From the NCBI RefSeq assembly GCF_018350175.1, contig NC_058382.1, forward strand, positions 52,950,001 to 53,014,000: DNA of 64,000 nucleotides, given 5' to 3'. Source of the stretch: Felis catus. Its lineage: Eukaryota. Each line of letters opens with the position of its first letter. Positions within the stretch are counted from its first letter, which is position 1. The notes beneath the pieces were generated by a model. It was not told where the DNA came from, ran no database searches, and was given only the letters and a program-made list of their open reading frames with translations. Of this stretch, positions 26,640 to 40,192 are shown piece after piece. The translations under genes and the position numbers were made by a program.

Positions 26640-27090
26640 AGTGAGAACGATAATAATAGTTCAGGTATTAGCAGTACACTTGCTGTTCATGGAGCATCTA
26701 CTGTACTTTGGCCATTATACTAGGAACTCTCTCTTTTATCCTCACCTCAGTCTTATAACAAATGTGGAAAATGAGGCCCTGGGAGCCTTGATCCCCATTT
26801 CTTGTCTTTCCCCCTTTTCCCCTGTTCCCCAGGCCAGGTTCCCGATGTGCCGATTTCTCACCACACACTCACTGTGGCAGATGTTTATTCCGGAACCCAA
26901 AACTAGACGCGTGGTCTGACAGGTGTCATAGTATCACCATGTGGCAGAATTTCAATCACCAGAGCTGCTCAAGGAAACATAAATCATGCACTGAAAGACA
27001 GCAAGCACTCTAAGTGTTCAGAACAGGAGCTTGAACAGCATTTTGGGGGTTGTGATTCTTAGGGTTGTGGTTAGAAAATCACAGACTTTA

Positions 27091-27546
27091 GGGGTACCTG
27101 GGTGGCTCCTTCAGTTGAGTGTTCGACTCCGGCTCAGGTCATGATCTCACAGTTTGTGGGTTTGAGCCCCGCGTCGGGCTCTGTGCTGACGGCTAGGAGG
27201 CTGGGGCCTGCTTCCGATTCTGTGTCTCCCTTTCTCTGCCCTTCCCCCATTTGTGCTCTGTCTCTCTCACTCAAAAGTAAATTAACATTAAAAAAATCAA
27301 AACAGAGGGGCACCTGGGTGGCGCAGTCGGTTAAGCGTCCGACTTCAGCCAGGTCACGATCTCACGGTCCGTGAGTTCGAGCCCCGCGTCGGGCTCTGGG
27401 CTGATGGCTCAGAGCCTGGAGCCTGTCTCCGATTCTGTGTCTCCCTCTCTCTCTGCCCCTCCCCCGTTCATGCTCTGTCTCTCTCTGTCCCAAAAATAAA
27501 TAAATGTTAAAAAAAAAAAAATCAAAACAGAAAAACAAAAAAAGAA
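27091..27546 (+). mobile_element. Nested CAN-SINE pair (27091-27306 host; 27307-27514 younger insert) inside a MIR
   Basis: Outer TSD aaaatcacagacttt; inner TSD aaaaaaatcaaaacaga. Confidence 0.92.
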
Positions 27547-28207
27547 AAAATCACAGACTTTGAACAGAACTTCCCCAGGTCCACATCCCAGCTCCACCAC
27601 TTACCGATTTGGAAGATTTGGGGCAGGTTACATAAAAGCTGTGCACTGTGGTTTCCTTCTCCATAAAATGACTTACCTCATAGACTTTTTATGAAAGTCA
27701 AGTAAACTCATCTGTACAAGTTATTACTACTAGAAATAATATTTCCCTATCCACAAACATGGATTTCGCATGCATTTATCACATACTGCTAGTGGGCGAA
27801 GTACTCAAAATCTCCTTTCTCTGGTATTTTTGACAACAGGAAAAAGAGCAATTATGACAGAATTTGTTTGAGCTGTGAGTCCTCTCCCTGCATCAGCCAT
27901 AGAGGCAGCAAGGCATAATTGATAACGTTCCTTCTTATCTCTAATTGTCGACGATCTCTCCACACACAGGGAGGCAGGCTGTGCTCTTCAAACACAGCTG
28001 CCTCCTCCCGCTTCCTGTGCAGTCTTGCCCCCTCCTACCCAAGCTGCTAATTGTGGACAGTACCGGTGTGGGGTCACTTTTTCCCTCATCTGCTTCCTGG
28101 AATGTGCTTCAGATGAAAACCCAAGTGTTGAGCTCAACAAGTAGAGACTGGGGAGAAGGCACGGGGGTGGGGGGCAGTGAGTCTCTTGTAGAAAAATGGA
28201 ACTACCT

Positions 28208-28446
28208 GGGGCGCCTGGGGGGCTCAGCTGGTTAAGCGTCCGACTTCAGCTCAGGTCGTGATCTCAGTTTGTGGGTTCGTGCCCCGTGTCTGGCTCTGTG
28301 CTGACAGCTCGGAGCGTAGAGCCTGTTTCGGATTCTGTGTATGTGTCTCTCTCTCTCTCTGCCCCTCCCCAGCTCATGCTCTGTGTCTCTTTCTCTCTAT
28401 CAACAATGAATAAACATTAAATTTTTTTTTAATTAAAAAAAAAAAA
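28208..28446 (+). mobile_element. CAN-SINE
   Basis: SINE body and tail. Confidence 0.92.
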
Positions 28447-28877
28447 GAAAAATGGACACACCTCCTTTGGCCTTCGGTACCCAGGAGGAAATGTCAAGGG
28501 AGGCGGGCCTTGGGGCGGCCTGGCGTGTGTGGTTGTAGACAGCCTCCCCTCCCCAGTGAGTGCCCTGGCAAAGGCATATTTCCCTTGCCAAGGCTTCATC
28601 CCTTTTGTAGCAAGGGTACGTTCTCCCTTCTGTGGAGAAGACACTGCAGATTTCTTTTCAAAGGTTTCCCGAGTCCCTTTTTTGCAGAATATCTGGTGGG
28701 GCACTGGGCTAAGCACACTTTGTCGAGAAATTACAAATTACTAATCTAAGTGCCCCGGAGAACCATTTTCCCTCTGCTTTACCTAATTTCCACATTTAGG
28801 AAATCAAACCTGCAATTCAGTGTTGATACAGCAAGGCGGTCCTTCCGGGCCACATCATGAGGCAGGACCTGACTCTT

Positions 28878-29106
28878 TTATGTAATTCTTTTTTTTTTTT
28901 TAATGTTTATTTATTTTTGAGAGAGTGAGATAGACAGAGTGTGAGTGGAGAAGGGGCAGAGAGAGAGGGAGACACAGAATCCGAAGCAGGCTGCAGGCTC
29001 TGAGCTGTCAGCACAGAGCCCGACGTGGGGCTCGAACCTGCAAACCATGAGATCATGACCTGAGCCCAAGTCGGACACTTAACCAACTGAACCACCCGCG
29101 CGCCCC
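28878..29106 (-). mobile_element. CAN-SINE, TSD ggacctgactctt
   Basis: TSD at 28865-28877 and 29109-29121. Confidence 0.93.
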
Positions 29107-30407
29107 TGGGACCTGACTCTTGATGGCCTTGCTGGTTGGGTCGTCCAAGCCTCTTAGCCCCAGGGCCTGATGTTTAAATCCTGCACACAAATTGCCACCG
29201 TTAATTCTCCCCCAAATGCTCCCTGCTCTCCAGAGACAGCGGTGGGGATCAGTGTTCGCTTTTCCGGGGCTGAGCTGAGCCCTGTTTCCTTTGCTGCTGT
29301 TCCTCTACTTCCCCACGTGCCAGTGCCAACGTAAGCTGGAAGCAGTGGTATTCACACTTGTGTGTGAGCAGCCGGGCTAACACGCACCAGAGGGAAAATA
29401 TTCTTTCTCATCAATGCTCAATAATTACAGTCTTCATTGCATCCAAATCTATATCGTGACGCGTCGTGGAAGGGTTTCGCGTTCTGCATGGAAGCGGCGA
29501 CAGACATTTGCCGGGGAGGAAGGAAAGGAAAACGTACATACGGTGGGAGAGAGGAAACTTTCTCTGAACACTTGCACAGGGAAAGAGCTACAGTTGAGCC
29601 TGGACGCACGGGCTTCTTCTTGCTCCGCGGTTCATGGTCTTCCCAAGTAGCGTCAACTTTCTGAAAAACTGAGCATCTTGAAAAGGCACCTATTAGGAGA
29701 GCATATTTCTGCAGCAATAATTATTCATTGCAATCCTCGTTCCACAGGAAGGGGCTCCGCATTGTCCGTCTACACCAGATGTTAACTGGAAGAGATTAGA
29801 GGTGTTGGTGAGGGGTGAGGGGGCTTTTTCGTCCTGCTCTTCTGATTCGTTTGGCCCTACTGAAATTTCAGGCCCAGAACATTGTTACCTGCTCCTCCTG
29901 GAGAGGATGTTGAGGTTGGGAGGGGTGATTAGTTGACATTTCGCGATTAAGACCCGAGTGATTTTTCTTGGAAATTTAACTCTAAAAATTGCCAGTGGTG
30001 TTGGATTCTATCTCGTGTTAGGAAACAGATCTGGGGGTGGGGGTGGGGAAGGAAGATAAAGATGTACTCATTTGAAGGCATTCGCATTCTTCCTCATTTT
30101 GTCTTCCCATGAAAATGATTTCATAACAAGTTTTTTTTTTTATGGGAAAAATTCACAGGAATTAATGTGGAACCATTAGGCACGGATTCCTGCCTGGGGC
30201 CTGGATATGAATGCCAAAGACCACAAGGACTTACTGACGTGTCTCTGGGTGTTCAGGCCCGCGGAGGGGGCTTAGCAACACATTTCCTGGATTAAACTGG
30301 CGTGGAAGTTTAGTCAAATGGCAAGTGCATTTGGTCAAGGGAGGGAAGTCATTTAGAAGGTAAACTCGTTGGAGTTGCTTCGATGATTAGGTAGTTAGTA
30401 TTAGGCA

Positions 30408-30591
30408 GAAGGGGCAGGGAAAACTGCGGCCCCCAGGCCAAAGCCTGCCGGCCCTCTGTGTTTGTGAATAAAGTTTTATTGGCACAGAGCCACGCCCATT
30501 TGTTTACAGGCTGCTTGTGGAGTACAGCACCAGGGCCACGAGAACCTAAAATACTTACTCCCCGCTCTTTTATAAAGTTCAAGGACCCTTG
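30408..30591. mobile_element. MER58-type MITE (internally deleted)
   Basis: tgtttgtgaataaagttttattggcacagagccacgcccatttgtttac...aacctaaaatacttact. Confidence 0.8.
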
Positions 30592-33500
30592 ACTCGGAAA
30601 ATTAACTAGATGGTGGTCCCTCAACTTTCTGAATGGTTGTTAAATCTCTCATCTGCGTACACCTTTAAACAAAATAGTGTTGTATCTATAATGAGATGCT
30701 CAGAAGGCAAATAAAGTGTGGGTTCTGTTGAGAAGAGGAAAGGACCATTGAGTTTGCAGGAAATCGGGGCCTCGACGCTGAGTCTGTCTGACACCCTGGC
30801 TTTTGCTTTGCTGTGGATGTTGTTTATTTAAAAGTAGCTTTAGTCGCTCCAAAGCAAAGGCCCACCTCTCTAGCTTCTTTATAAAAGCCCGGTTTTCTAG
30901 CTAGATGAAGGCCTTGTGGAAACTGATTTCTCGCTTGATCACTGGGGATCATTTGAGACCTGATCTGGAGAAAGTTTCTATCGACTCGTATGCGGACCAG
31001 GCAGAAAAGTTGTCGACTGACAAAACCACCAAATAGGCCATGATAAAGAAGAAACGCCACCCACCCTCGGCCCAGGTAAATGTGGAATTACTCAATAGAG
31101 CTTTGCGCTGAGAGTGATAATGGGCAATCCGCTAAATTAATCGTCTATTTAAAAAAATCGCATAGTTAAGGGGATGTGCACTTATAAACCCATTCTTCAG
31201 TAGAGAAGTACTTAGGGTGCAGTAAGGAGTTTAAACAAAATTAGTGGAGAAACGGAGTTTAAGGGAACAAGAGATCAAGTTTGCCAGACTCCCCCCACAT
31301 CAGGTGATTTAAGCTAAAAATGGCTTAAAATACCGCAATCACTTGAAACGCCTTACATAAACTGACCAGGAATCTGGGGCATTCATGCTAGAGACAATTT
31401 TCTTCTCCTCAAGATAAGGGATGGGGAATTAGTCATAGGGTATTTCCAGATAATGTAGTTAACACCTCGTGTAATATTAGGTGGGCAGGGAGCTGTGCTC
31501 TCGGGACCAAAATTGTTCCTGCCAGTTCTAATAAGGAATGTGTGTATTTTTAAAGTCAGGGTAGCCACTGATGAGTCATTTCCACAATATGCCTCCCTTG
31601 GGTGTGAAATGGGGCAGAAAGAGCCCCAAATGGCTGTTTGGTGATCTGTTCAGGCATTCATTCATTCATTCATTCATTCATTCACCACGTGGTTACTATT
31701 CCCACACTCACTTGTATGCCAGGCTCGGTGCTAAGTGCCGGAGAGGCACGGGCGAATAAAATCTCATTTTCAAGGGGCTTTTTGCCCATTGGGACACCTG
31801 AAAGAGATGTGGGGTTGTACGTGGTGCGGTCCCTATTGGTCAAGGGTCAGGCGGAAAGCAGACCCTATTATGACCTAAAGGTCAAGGGTCCCTCTTGGTG
31901 GCAAGGTGATTCAGAAAGCTCATCCACGTGACTCTGTTTATAAAGGCAGCTTTCCTCTCAAATTGGTTTTGTTCACTTATTTTTGTACCCCTCATTTTAA
32001 TTTCCTGTGTGGAGCCTATCCCCTGTGCTTATTCTTGGTACGAGAGAGAGAGAATGGCGAGGCGAATATGAACTTGGGACCCAACCGTCCCTCTTCACAT
32101 TTGAGTCCTAACCCTGCCACTTGCTGTGTGTCCTTGGGCAACTTGCATAACCTCTCTGAGCTCCAGCTTCATCACGCAGCTGCGGGACTCAGGTGAGGGA
32201 TCAGCCACGGCCGTCACCAGTGACTGGGGAGAAGGTGAACGACGGAAGGGTCAGCCCCGTACTCCTTGACCCCCGCCCCCTTCTGCTGCTCCATTTTGGC
32301 TGATGAAGGGTGGAAAGAAGTTGGTCTCCCTGGCTGTGAACCCCCGAAGGGTTGCTTATTTTCTGCTGTGTCCAGCCTGTCTGATCCAGAGACCGTGTGA
32401 CCCTGCAGGATCGTAGAGCTGTACATTGGAAGCTGTCGGGGGGCCGAGAGCCGAGGAGGCCTCAGTTGCTGTGAGGTATTTCCCCACGTGCCAGTGGACC
32501 ACAGCCCTCCTCCCTGCTGTTCTTGATCTTTAGGTCCTTCTGGAACCTGGGTCAGGAAAGAGGCCTGATGAGAAAATCTTCGCAGGCGGGCTGGTGCTTC
32601 TGAGCCTTGTCTTTACAGAAGAGCCCCTGTCTTATTTCCATGGGCCCTCAGATTATGAGAGGCGTTGGTCTCCCAACGAATTAGATTCAGTAAATAATGG
32701 CCCGCGTGGTCGCTCTGTGGATAAAGCATGTTTCTCATTCGGCTCTTAAAAATATTGTAAATAGGTACCCTACCCCCTTTTCTCATTGTGGGTCACCCAA
32801 CCCGCCAAGGACTTTAGGTCAGACCCCACTGATTTGAAGGAGAAGGAGCAAAGTCCTCCTCTCAGAGCGTAGACAAGGCCGGATAAGCTAGAAGATCGCT
32901 AAGTCCAGCCCTTGTCAAAAGGGTGGAATTTGAGGGGAAGCTAAATCGATAGGCAGGCGGGATTATGGCTCCCTTAAAACATACCTTGGCCTGAGCTCAC
33001 TTTCGCACCTGCCGTACGACCTACCGCAAAGACCCCTGTGGACGGGACTCATGTCGGTTCTTCCCCCAAAGAGTCCGCCTATCCACAGCCCCAGGTTCTG
33101 CAGGTGCATCGAGGCTGGCCCTCTGCTTGGTTGGGGCGCAGGACTCCGGCTTCCCTGGTCTCTCAAGAGTAAGAGGAGACATCAAAATGTCACCATGTCA
33201 GGGCCTTCTCTGAGGTGGTGTCTCTTCTCCTGGACTGAGACTCGGGACAGAGAGACAGGGCTCCAGAAGGCAGCCCCTGAGCCCACTTGCCTTCACTATC
33301 GAGTGCCTGCAGGCAACAGCTGAGCCCATGGGCCCGGAGCCTCCCAGAAATCTGTACCAGGAACGCAAGCTCAGGGACAAGCGGAATCTCCCTGGGACCC
33401 CACAGAAGCATCCTTAGCCCCTTGCCTGCCGTGCCAGCACGGCCTCTGGAGTCACAGGGCATGGGATCGAATCCCAGTTTCGCCAGTAAGAACCCAGAGA

Positions 33501-36500
33501 GTCCCTGAAGCCCTCCGTGGGTCCTGGCTTTCCGTGAACTTGGGGAAATAAGAACAAACCTATGTCCCAGCGTTGTGGCAAGGACGACACGGGTGCGGTA
33601 TGTGTGTGTGTTGAGAAAGAGAAAGAGAAAGCAAGCAAGCTTAGGTCAGTGCGGGGCACGTAGGAAGCGTGTAAAAACAGCTTTCCTGTGAGTCATACCT
33701 TGCAGAGAACGACCCTGTCAAAGTCACGCCCACGACAGTTTGGAAAGGAAAAAAGAACATTGACCTGCGATTTTGTTTAGGCAGCAACTGAGTTCGGACT
33801 GATGGATTTTGGTTTTCCTTTGCCTCGCAAAGGGTATTCAATCACTCTGCACTCATATCTTTAGAAGTGCTAAGTACCCACTGGGGCAGGCTCTGGAGGG
33901 GCTGCCAGGAACCCCTCTCACCGAGGTCAGAGTCTAGAGCACACACGTGACCACATCACGAGGTTCAGGACGGGCAGTGAAGGTGAGGACAGGTGTCCGT
34001 TCTAGGGGGTGACATCTGAACTTGGTGATGACGGAAGGTGTCTCACGCATGAGAACTCTGTGCGGACCTTCTCCGCCGTGTGGTCAAGCCTTCCTGGTTC
34101 TCTTCCTCCTGGTCCCAGCCTCTGCCGCCCCCTCCGGTTTCCGAGTTCCACGGCGGGCACGGCTCGTCTCTGGGCGCCTCCGCCTTCCGTGGCCAGAGCT
34201 CTGCCGGGTCAGGAGTCCCCCTTGGTCCATCTGCTTCTCATCTTCCAAAATTCTTGCTGATGTTTCTTGATCCTGGAGTTAAATAAGTTGTGCCCTCTTT
34301 ATCATGCTTTTAATAGAGTTGCTGGAGGGATCTTTCTGGCAGACATGCCTGAATACAGCGTCCCAACTGGAAGCTCCCCGAAGTCTGTGCTTTTCTCGCC
34401 GCACCATCTCCCCACCGAGCCCAAGGCCGAGGAAGGATCTTGCAGGCAGAGAGGAACACGAGCCCCCGGGATGGCCGATACGTCTACGACCCCCGTGCCG
34501 CTCTTAATGTTGAGCGGGTCGCGCACGCCAGCTCCGTGTCCGTGCGTTGCACGCGCGCTCTGACTTAGCCATCAAAATCGTATCGGAATCTCAGATTTAC
34601 GGCTGAGAAGACGGCTGCACGGTGGCTGAGTGTATTTCCCAAAGTCAGACAGCTGTCGCGTGTTGGAGGTCAGCTAGCGGGGCAGCGGGCTGCGGCCGGG
34701 GTTGGCGTGCAGGATCGGCGGGCGGTGCTCTTGGGATCCGTGTGTGAGGGGCCATGTGGCGTGGAGGGGCACAGGGAGAGGACTGAGCTGCGATGGGGGA
34801 GCAGCGGACACGTCAGCCAGTCGTAAGGAGATTGAAACAGGGCGACCCTTCAGAGATGTCGTCATCTGGGGCCAAGAGGCCAAGCAGTCAGGGACGTGGG
34901 CTGCCTCCCGGAGGGGTGTGTCCTTGGGCAGGGCACATCCCTTTGGCTGACAGCCGCTTCCAAGGAAGGACTCGGCCCCCAGCAGACATCAGCCCAGCAG
35001 CTAGGGAAACGATTTCCGCCCCCCTCCCGCCCCCCGTCTAGAATGGGGGTCTCGGCAGCACACCACAGCACCTGCTACCCTTGGAAGCCATACCTCTGTC
35101 ACTTGAGTCTGTTCATGTAAGTGGGGTACAGGGATAGAAGACAGGGAGAGGAAAGAGCTAGAAAGGTAGGCTGTCTTCTCTAGACCCAGAACTGGCCGGT
35201 GGCAAAGGGGCCCGCACTGAGCAGGGATAATGGTTACATCAGATTAAACGAGTACTGTGTTTGGAGGAAACTCTCCGCTTGGGGGTACACGGGACCCTAG
35301 AGCAAATTCGGCCGGTAGGGTTCGTTTGACATCCTGAATTCTCACGTATCTCCCTTCTCGGCTGAGAAGGGAGAGACAATTTCACTCCTTTCCGACGTCA
35401 TTGGTTTCTGTTCCCTGTTTGAAAACGGTAGTCCTCCCATGCAGGAAAGATTTGGGTAACTCAGGTGGCAAAGCTCCCTTTGTGTAAAATAGCCACTTTT
35501 AAGGCTGGGACAGCAACATCATCAAGTTCCAGCACAGACCCTTCTGGTGCAATTTCGTCGGTAGGAACCTGTTTGTGCGTTCAGCTGAGGAAATACCAAA
35601 ACCAAAGCAGTTTCGAGGTTTAGCACCTTTGATGAAGTTACGAAAGTGCAGCGTGAATGAACGCCTTCCCCTTCTCCGTGTCTTCGTCTGTCGGTGGACA
35701 AACTGAATGAAAGGCCTTCCGTTTCAGAATGTGTGCCCTAACCATGTACTCGAAGCTCCTGGGTACCAGGGGGCTGTGTCTGCCCACTAGGCTTGTGATG
35801 CCGGGCAAAAGGAGTGAATTCTGAGTCTCTATACCCAGCTTCGTTAATATCTGAAAAATAATAATTCGCTGTCCTGAGATTTCCAATCCACCAAGCGGTC
35901 CCCATCTCCTCTTCTCCCTGACACCCCCCCACCTCCCCTCCTCTCATACCTCCTATTCTTACCCACAACCCCATAGGCTCCCAGATCCGGTATTGCTCCA
36001 TGGGAGACATGCTGGGGGCACATGTATTTGTTATGATATATGGCTGGCCACATGTTGCAAAAAAGAACCTAAGACAAGAACCATGTGGTTTCCAAGGATG
36101 CTGAAGTCAGAGAGAGCACAGTTCCCAGGGAGCCAGGGACATGACGAGGTCTGGAGTCAGGCAGATCTGGGTTTGGATCCTCGCACTGCCTTTCAAGAGC
36201 TCTGTGTAACCTTGACCACATTCTAGCTCCTTGAACTCCAGTTTCATGATCTCTAAGGTGAAGTCATTCTCTACCTTGAAGAATTGTTGCAGCCGTAAAT
36301 GCGCCAGTGTTTCCAAGTTTCTAGAAGGAGGTTTCGGACCTATAACCAATTCAATACACGTTGGCAACTATGGTCACCTCGGGCTGCGGGCGCCACCTGA
36401 GTGGAATCGGCTTTGAGATTATGGGGACCAACATGAACAAAATGTAAATGTCACAGGTCTGTGTTACTCTGGCCCCCGGGTCCCCCAAACCAACTTGGGT

Positions 36501-37788
36501 CTCTACTTTGCCGCTGTGCCTGCCCCAACGGTTAGAGTGCGGTTATACTTGGGGTCCTGACCTGTTTTGTCCTGCCTCATGACCTTCAAACTGTTATTGG
36601 TGGTGCGTTCTGTGGTCCCCCCACCCCCCCCCACCGGTGGCAGTGTCACACAAGCTTGCCCAGGCTGAGCGTGTGGACCTCTTCCCGACTCCACGTTCAA
36701 ACGGTCGTGTTGAGAGTATTTACACCACGGGTTTGGGCAGATATTGCGGATCAAAGTCTTCTCTCCCCTCCGTGTTCCAGTGAGCCAGGTGTTAAACTGT
36801 CACCGACACTGCTTTTCACAGACGTGCAAAGCTCCCCACGGGAAAGCAAATTGTGGTTATCTTGCTTGACTCCTCCCCACCTGCCCCCCACCCCGCCGCC
36901 GAAGGGATGACCGTGGCAGTAACCCAGGATTTTTTATGGGCTTAGAAAGGCGATTCTACACTTTAGACATACCCTACAGTTAGCAATTCGTGTATTTGTT
37001 CTCCCCATTGCCTGTTCATCGCGGTGAAAGCGTGAACACCCAAGGCAAAGGACGGGGTACGTCTCCCCCATGATAGTGGGAGGTGGTTGATGCGTGGACC
37101 CTAGAGATACAGTGGTCCTGAGTCTCAGGCCCTAGCATCCCAATTAGCAGGAAGTTACACTTCTCAGCCTCTAGGGAGGGATTAAATGGTACTGAAATCT
37201 AGAGCAGTTATGGATCTGCCCTTCTCTGTATTACACTTGAAATCAATTGGCCCTTTCCCCAAATCTGGGGACCAGAAGCAGCATTAGAGAATAGTAAATG
37301 TTAAAAACAAGGGGGGAAAGTGACTCCCTCCCCTTTTTTTCCCACTAAAAGGCTATCCTTCGTAGGACTGCCCCCTCCTCTGATCACAGATTCAAGGTGA
37401 CCAGCACAAGGAGCCACTTTTCATTATTTTTTCACGAGCAGCTGAACCCCTGGCCTCCATCCCAGTTTTAGCCTCACGGTCCAGAGTCTGTGAGCAGCCA
37501 ACTGGAGACATCTCTCCTAACGCAGGATAAATGACAAAGGTCATGGCGAGGGCCTGACTTCTGTAGCCCAAGATGCCAAGCGGCAAAGAGGTTAAGGGCA
37601 TGGGCAGCTCAGGTGTGGATCCCGGCGACACCCCTTACTCGTTGTGTGACTTTGGGCAAGTTCCTTAACTTCCCTGACCCTCGGATTCCGTGTGTGTTCA
37701 ACAGGAGTATTATAAATGAGACAGAACCCGTGAAAGGTGGAATGCTTAGGATGTTGAAAGGTCTTGTTGTTGTTGAAAGATCTACAGT

Positions 37789-37985
37789 GGGGTGCCTGGG
37801 GGGGCCCAGGCGGTTGAGCGTCTGACTTCGGCTCAGGTCACAATCTCATGGTTTGTTGAGTTCGAGCCCCGCGTCGGCCTCATTGCTCCCAGTGCAAAGC
37901 CCACTTTGGATCCTCTGTCCCCCTGTCTCTCTGCCCCTCCCACACTCGTGCTATACCTCTCTCTAAAAAATAAGAACAAAAGAAA
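37789..37985 (+). mobile_element. CAN-SINE (downstream of a MIR at ~37590-37720)
   Basis: SINE head and tail; MIR core gtgtgactttgggcaagttccttaacttccctgaccctcgg. Confidence 0.88.
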
Positions 37986-39043
37986 GGCCTACTACAATGA
38001 TAGTGTAAAGTCTTGAACACTAGATGTGCAATGCTCCTATGTCCCTCCGGCACCTTCCCCTTTCTCCTGCTACCGTTGTTAAGAGTGGGGTTCCGGAGCC
38101 CCAGGGATTAGGTTCAGCTCCCGACTCTGCTACTTATGCCTTGAGCTTTGCCTTTTTGGGACTCAGAGCCCTACCCGTAATTTGGGTTAGTGGCCTCAGA
38201 AAGGATCTGGAGGAGCAGGGGGATGACCCTTACTGGAAGCATTAAAATCACATGCATCCCTTAGCATGGGGGGGGGGGGGGTGAGCAGGTGGCACAAAAC
38301 CAAAATTCAAGAGTCAAGAATTATTTGTTAAGTTATTTTACTTGCTAAGATTCAGTTTACATGTCCGTAAAATGGCGATAATGATACTTCCATAGGGCTC
38401 TTGCAAGAATTCAGCAAGTATTCTAGGGCTTGTCACCTGGAACGTGCCACAGAGGGATCAGACCCCATATGGATTCATCCATTAAGGGGCCTGGCTTGTT
38501 AAGTCGGTGGATTGGGAATCCGGAGGGCACAGTCAGCAGAGGGCAGATTTTCCACCACCCTGACAATTTGAGGGCCGGCCACACCACTGGCTTGTATCAT
38601 TACTGACACCTTGTTTGGTAGGTACGAGCGTGTTTGTGTCCCTTCTCTTATCAAGACATCTCCCATCAGGTGTGGCAGCCAGAAGGGGAGAAAGCAGGGT
38701 AAGATTCTCTTTGGTGTAGCCGGTTGTCCCGAGTTCAACATTTCTCTGAACTTTGAGGGCAGGAGAGTCCCAGCCGCAGGTGGCTTGTCACGGGCCCACC
38801 TGGTGGTTGCTGGGAGACAGTCCACAGTCGCCCGACTGTTAACCCAAGGCTTGCCAGCCTGCAAGACCTGCTTTGCCTGAGAAGCAATTGGTGAAAGAGG
38901 AAGACTGTAGGGGAAGGGCCCCAGACTCCTCCTGGGGTATGTCCCAAATCATTTGTGGGCAGAAATGATATCCCCAGAAGCAGGGGACACCGAGCCAGAA
39001 GCCAGGGATTGAAGGACTAAGAAATGGAGATCAGAAAGAAGGA

Positions 39044-39213
39044 GGTTAAGTGTCCAACTTCGGCTCGGGTTAGGATCTCCTGGCTCTTGAATTCAAGCCC
39101 CGCACGGGACTCTGTGCTAACAGCTCAGAGCCTGGAGCCTGCTTTGGATTCTGTCTCCCTCTCCTCTTCTGTCTCTCTCTCAAAAGTAAATAAACATTGA
39201 AAGAAAAAGAAGA
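39044..39213 (+). mobile_element. 5'-truncated CAN-SINE
   Basis: Begins at ggttaagtgtccaacttcggctc; tail taaataaacattgaaag. Confidence 0.88.
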
Positions 39214-39965
39214 AAGGAGGAGGAAGGTCCCTGAGGCTCTGTGAATGGCCACTTGGCCAGTCACTGAGGCAGGGGACGTGAACACAGCCTGATGGGCCTA
39301 GTTTTCCACATTTGCGCATCATTCCAGGAAGCTGTACAGCAACCAGGGTGTGGAGTCAGAAGGAACATTAGGAACGAGCACACGGGCTTGGACCCAGACA
39401 CGCTCAGTTTGGATGTTAGCTCCGCTGCTTCCCAGGTGCGTGGCCGCGAGCGGCTTCACCTCCTTAGCCTTTGGCTCCAGGGTAAGCCCTACCTGGTGAA
39501 AAGGGTCGGAAGGGCCAATAGGTCATTACCATCATCACCAGTGCTGTGTTGTTGCTTGCGTCACACTTGGGCTGGGACTCACCCTCTCTGAGGCAGCTGT
39601 CCAGCCTCCCACTCATCCCAGCCAAGGACACAGGACCTCGGGGTGTGTCTGGAAGGAAGGTGGTTCACGGGCTGGAAGGTCCCTGCTGTGGAAAGACTAT
39701 AACCGGGCTGGGCGATCGGCCAAAGGCGAGGGGCCGGGGCAGGTGACCGGTGAGTCCCCAGAGGGAAGACCGAAAGGTAGACACGTAGGCTTCGTATCTT
39801 CTAGCGTTTGAAAGGAAAGAGGTGAGGGTGCTGGGTCAGCCCGGAGGAGAATTTCCAAGCAGAGAAACATTTAAATATGAAGTTAATATGAAGCAGAGCA
39901 TGGTTGACAGGGGACACCTGCCCAAATCATCAGGACTGGGTTGAGATTGTCTTGTAGCTTCTTCC

Positions 39966-40192
39966 TTTTTTTTTTTTTTAATGTTTATTTATTTTTGAGA
40001 GAGAGAGAGAGAGAGAGAGACAGAGCACGAGCAGGGGAGGGGCAGAGAGAGAGGGAGATACAGAATCCCAAGCAGGCTCCAGGCTCTGAACTGTCAGCAC
40101 AGAGCCCGACGTGGGGCTCAAACTCACGAACCGTGAGATCATGACCTGAGCCGAAGTTGGATGCTTAACTGACTGAGCCACTCAGGGTCCCC
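39966..40192 (-). mobile_element. CAN-SINE
   Basis: Antisense full-length SINE. Confidence 0.93.
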
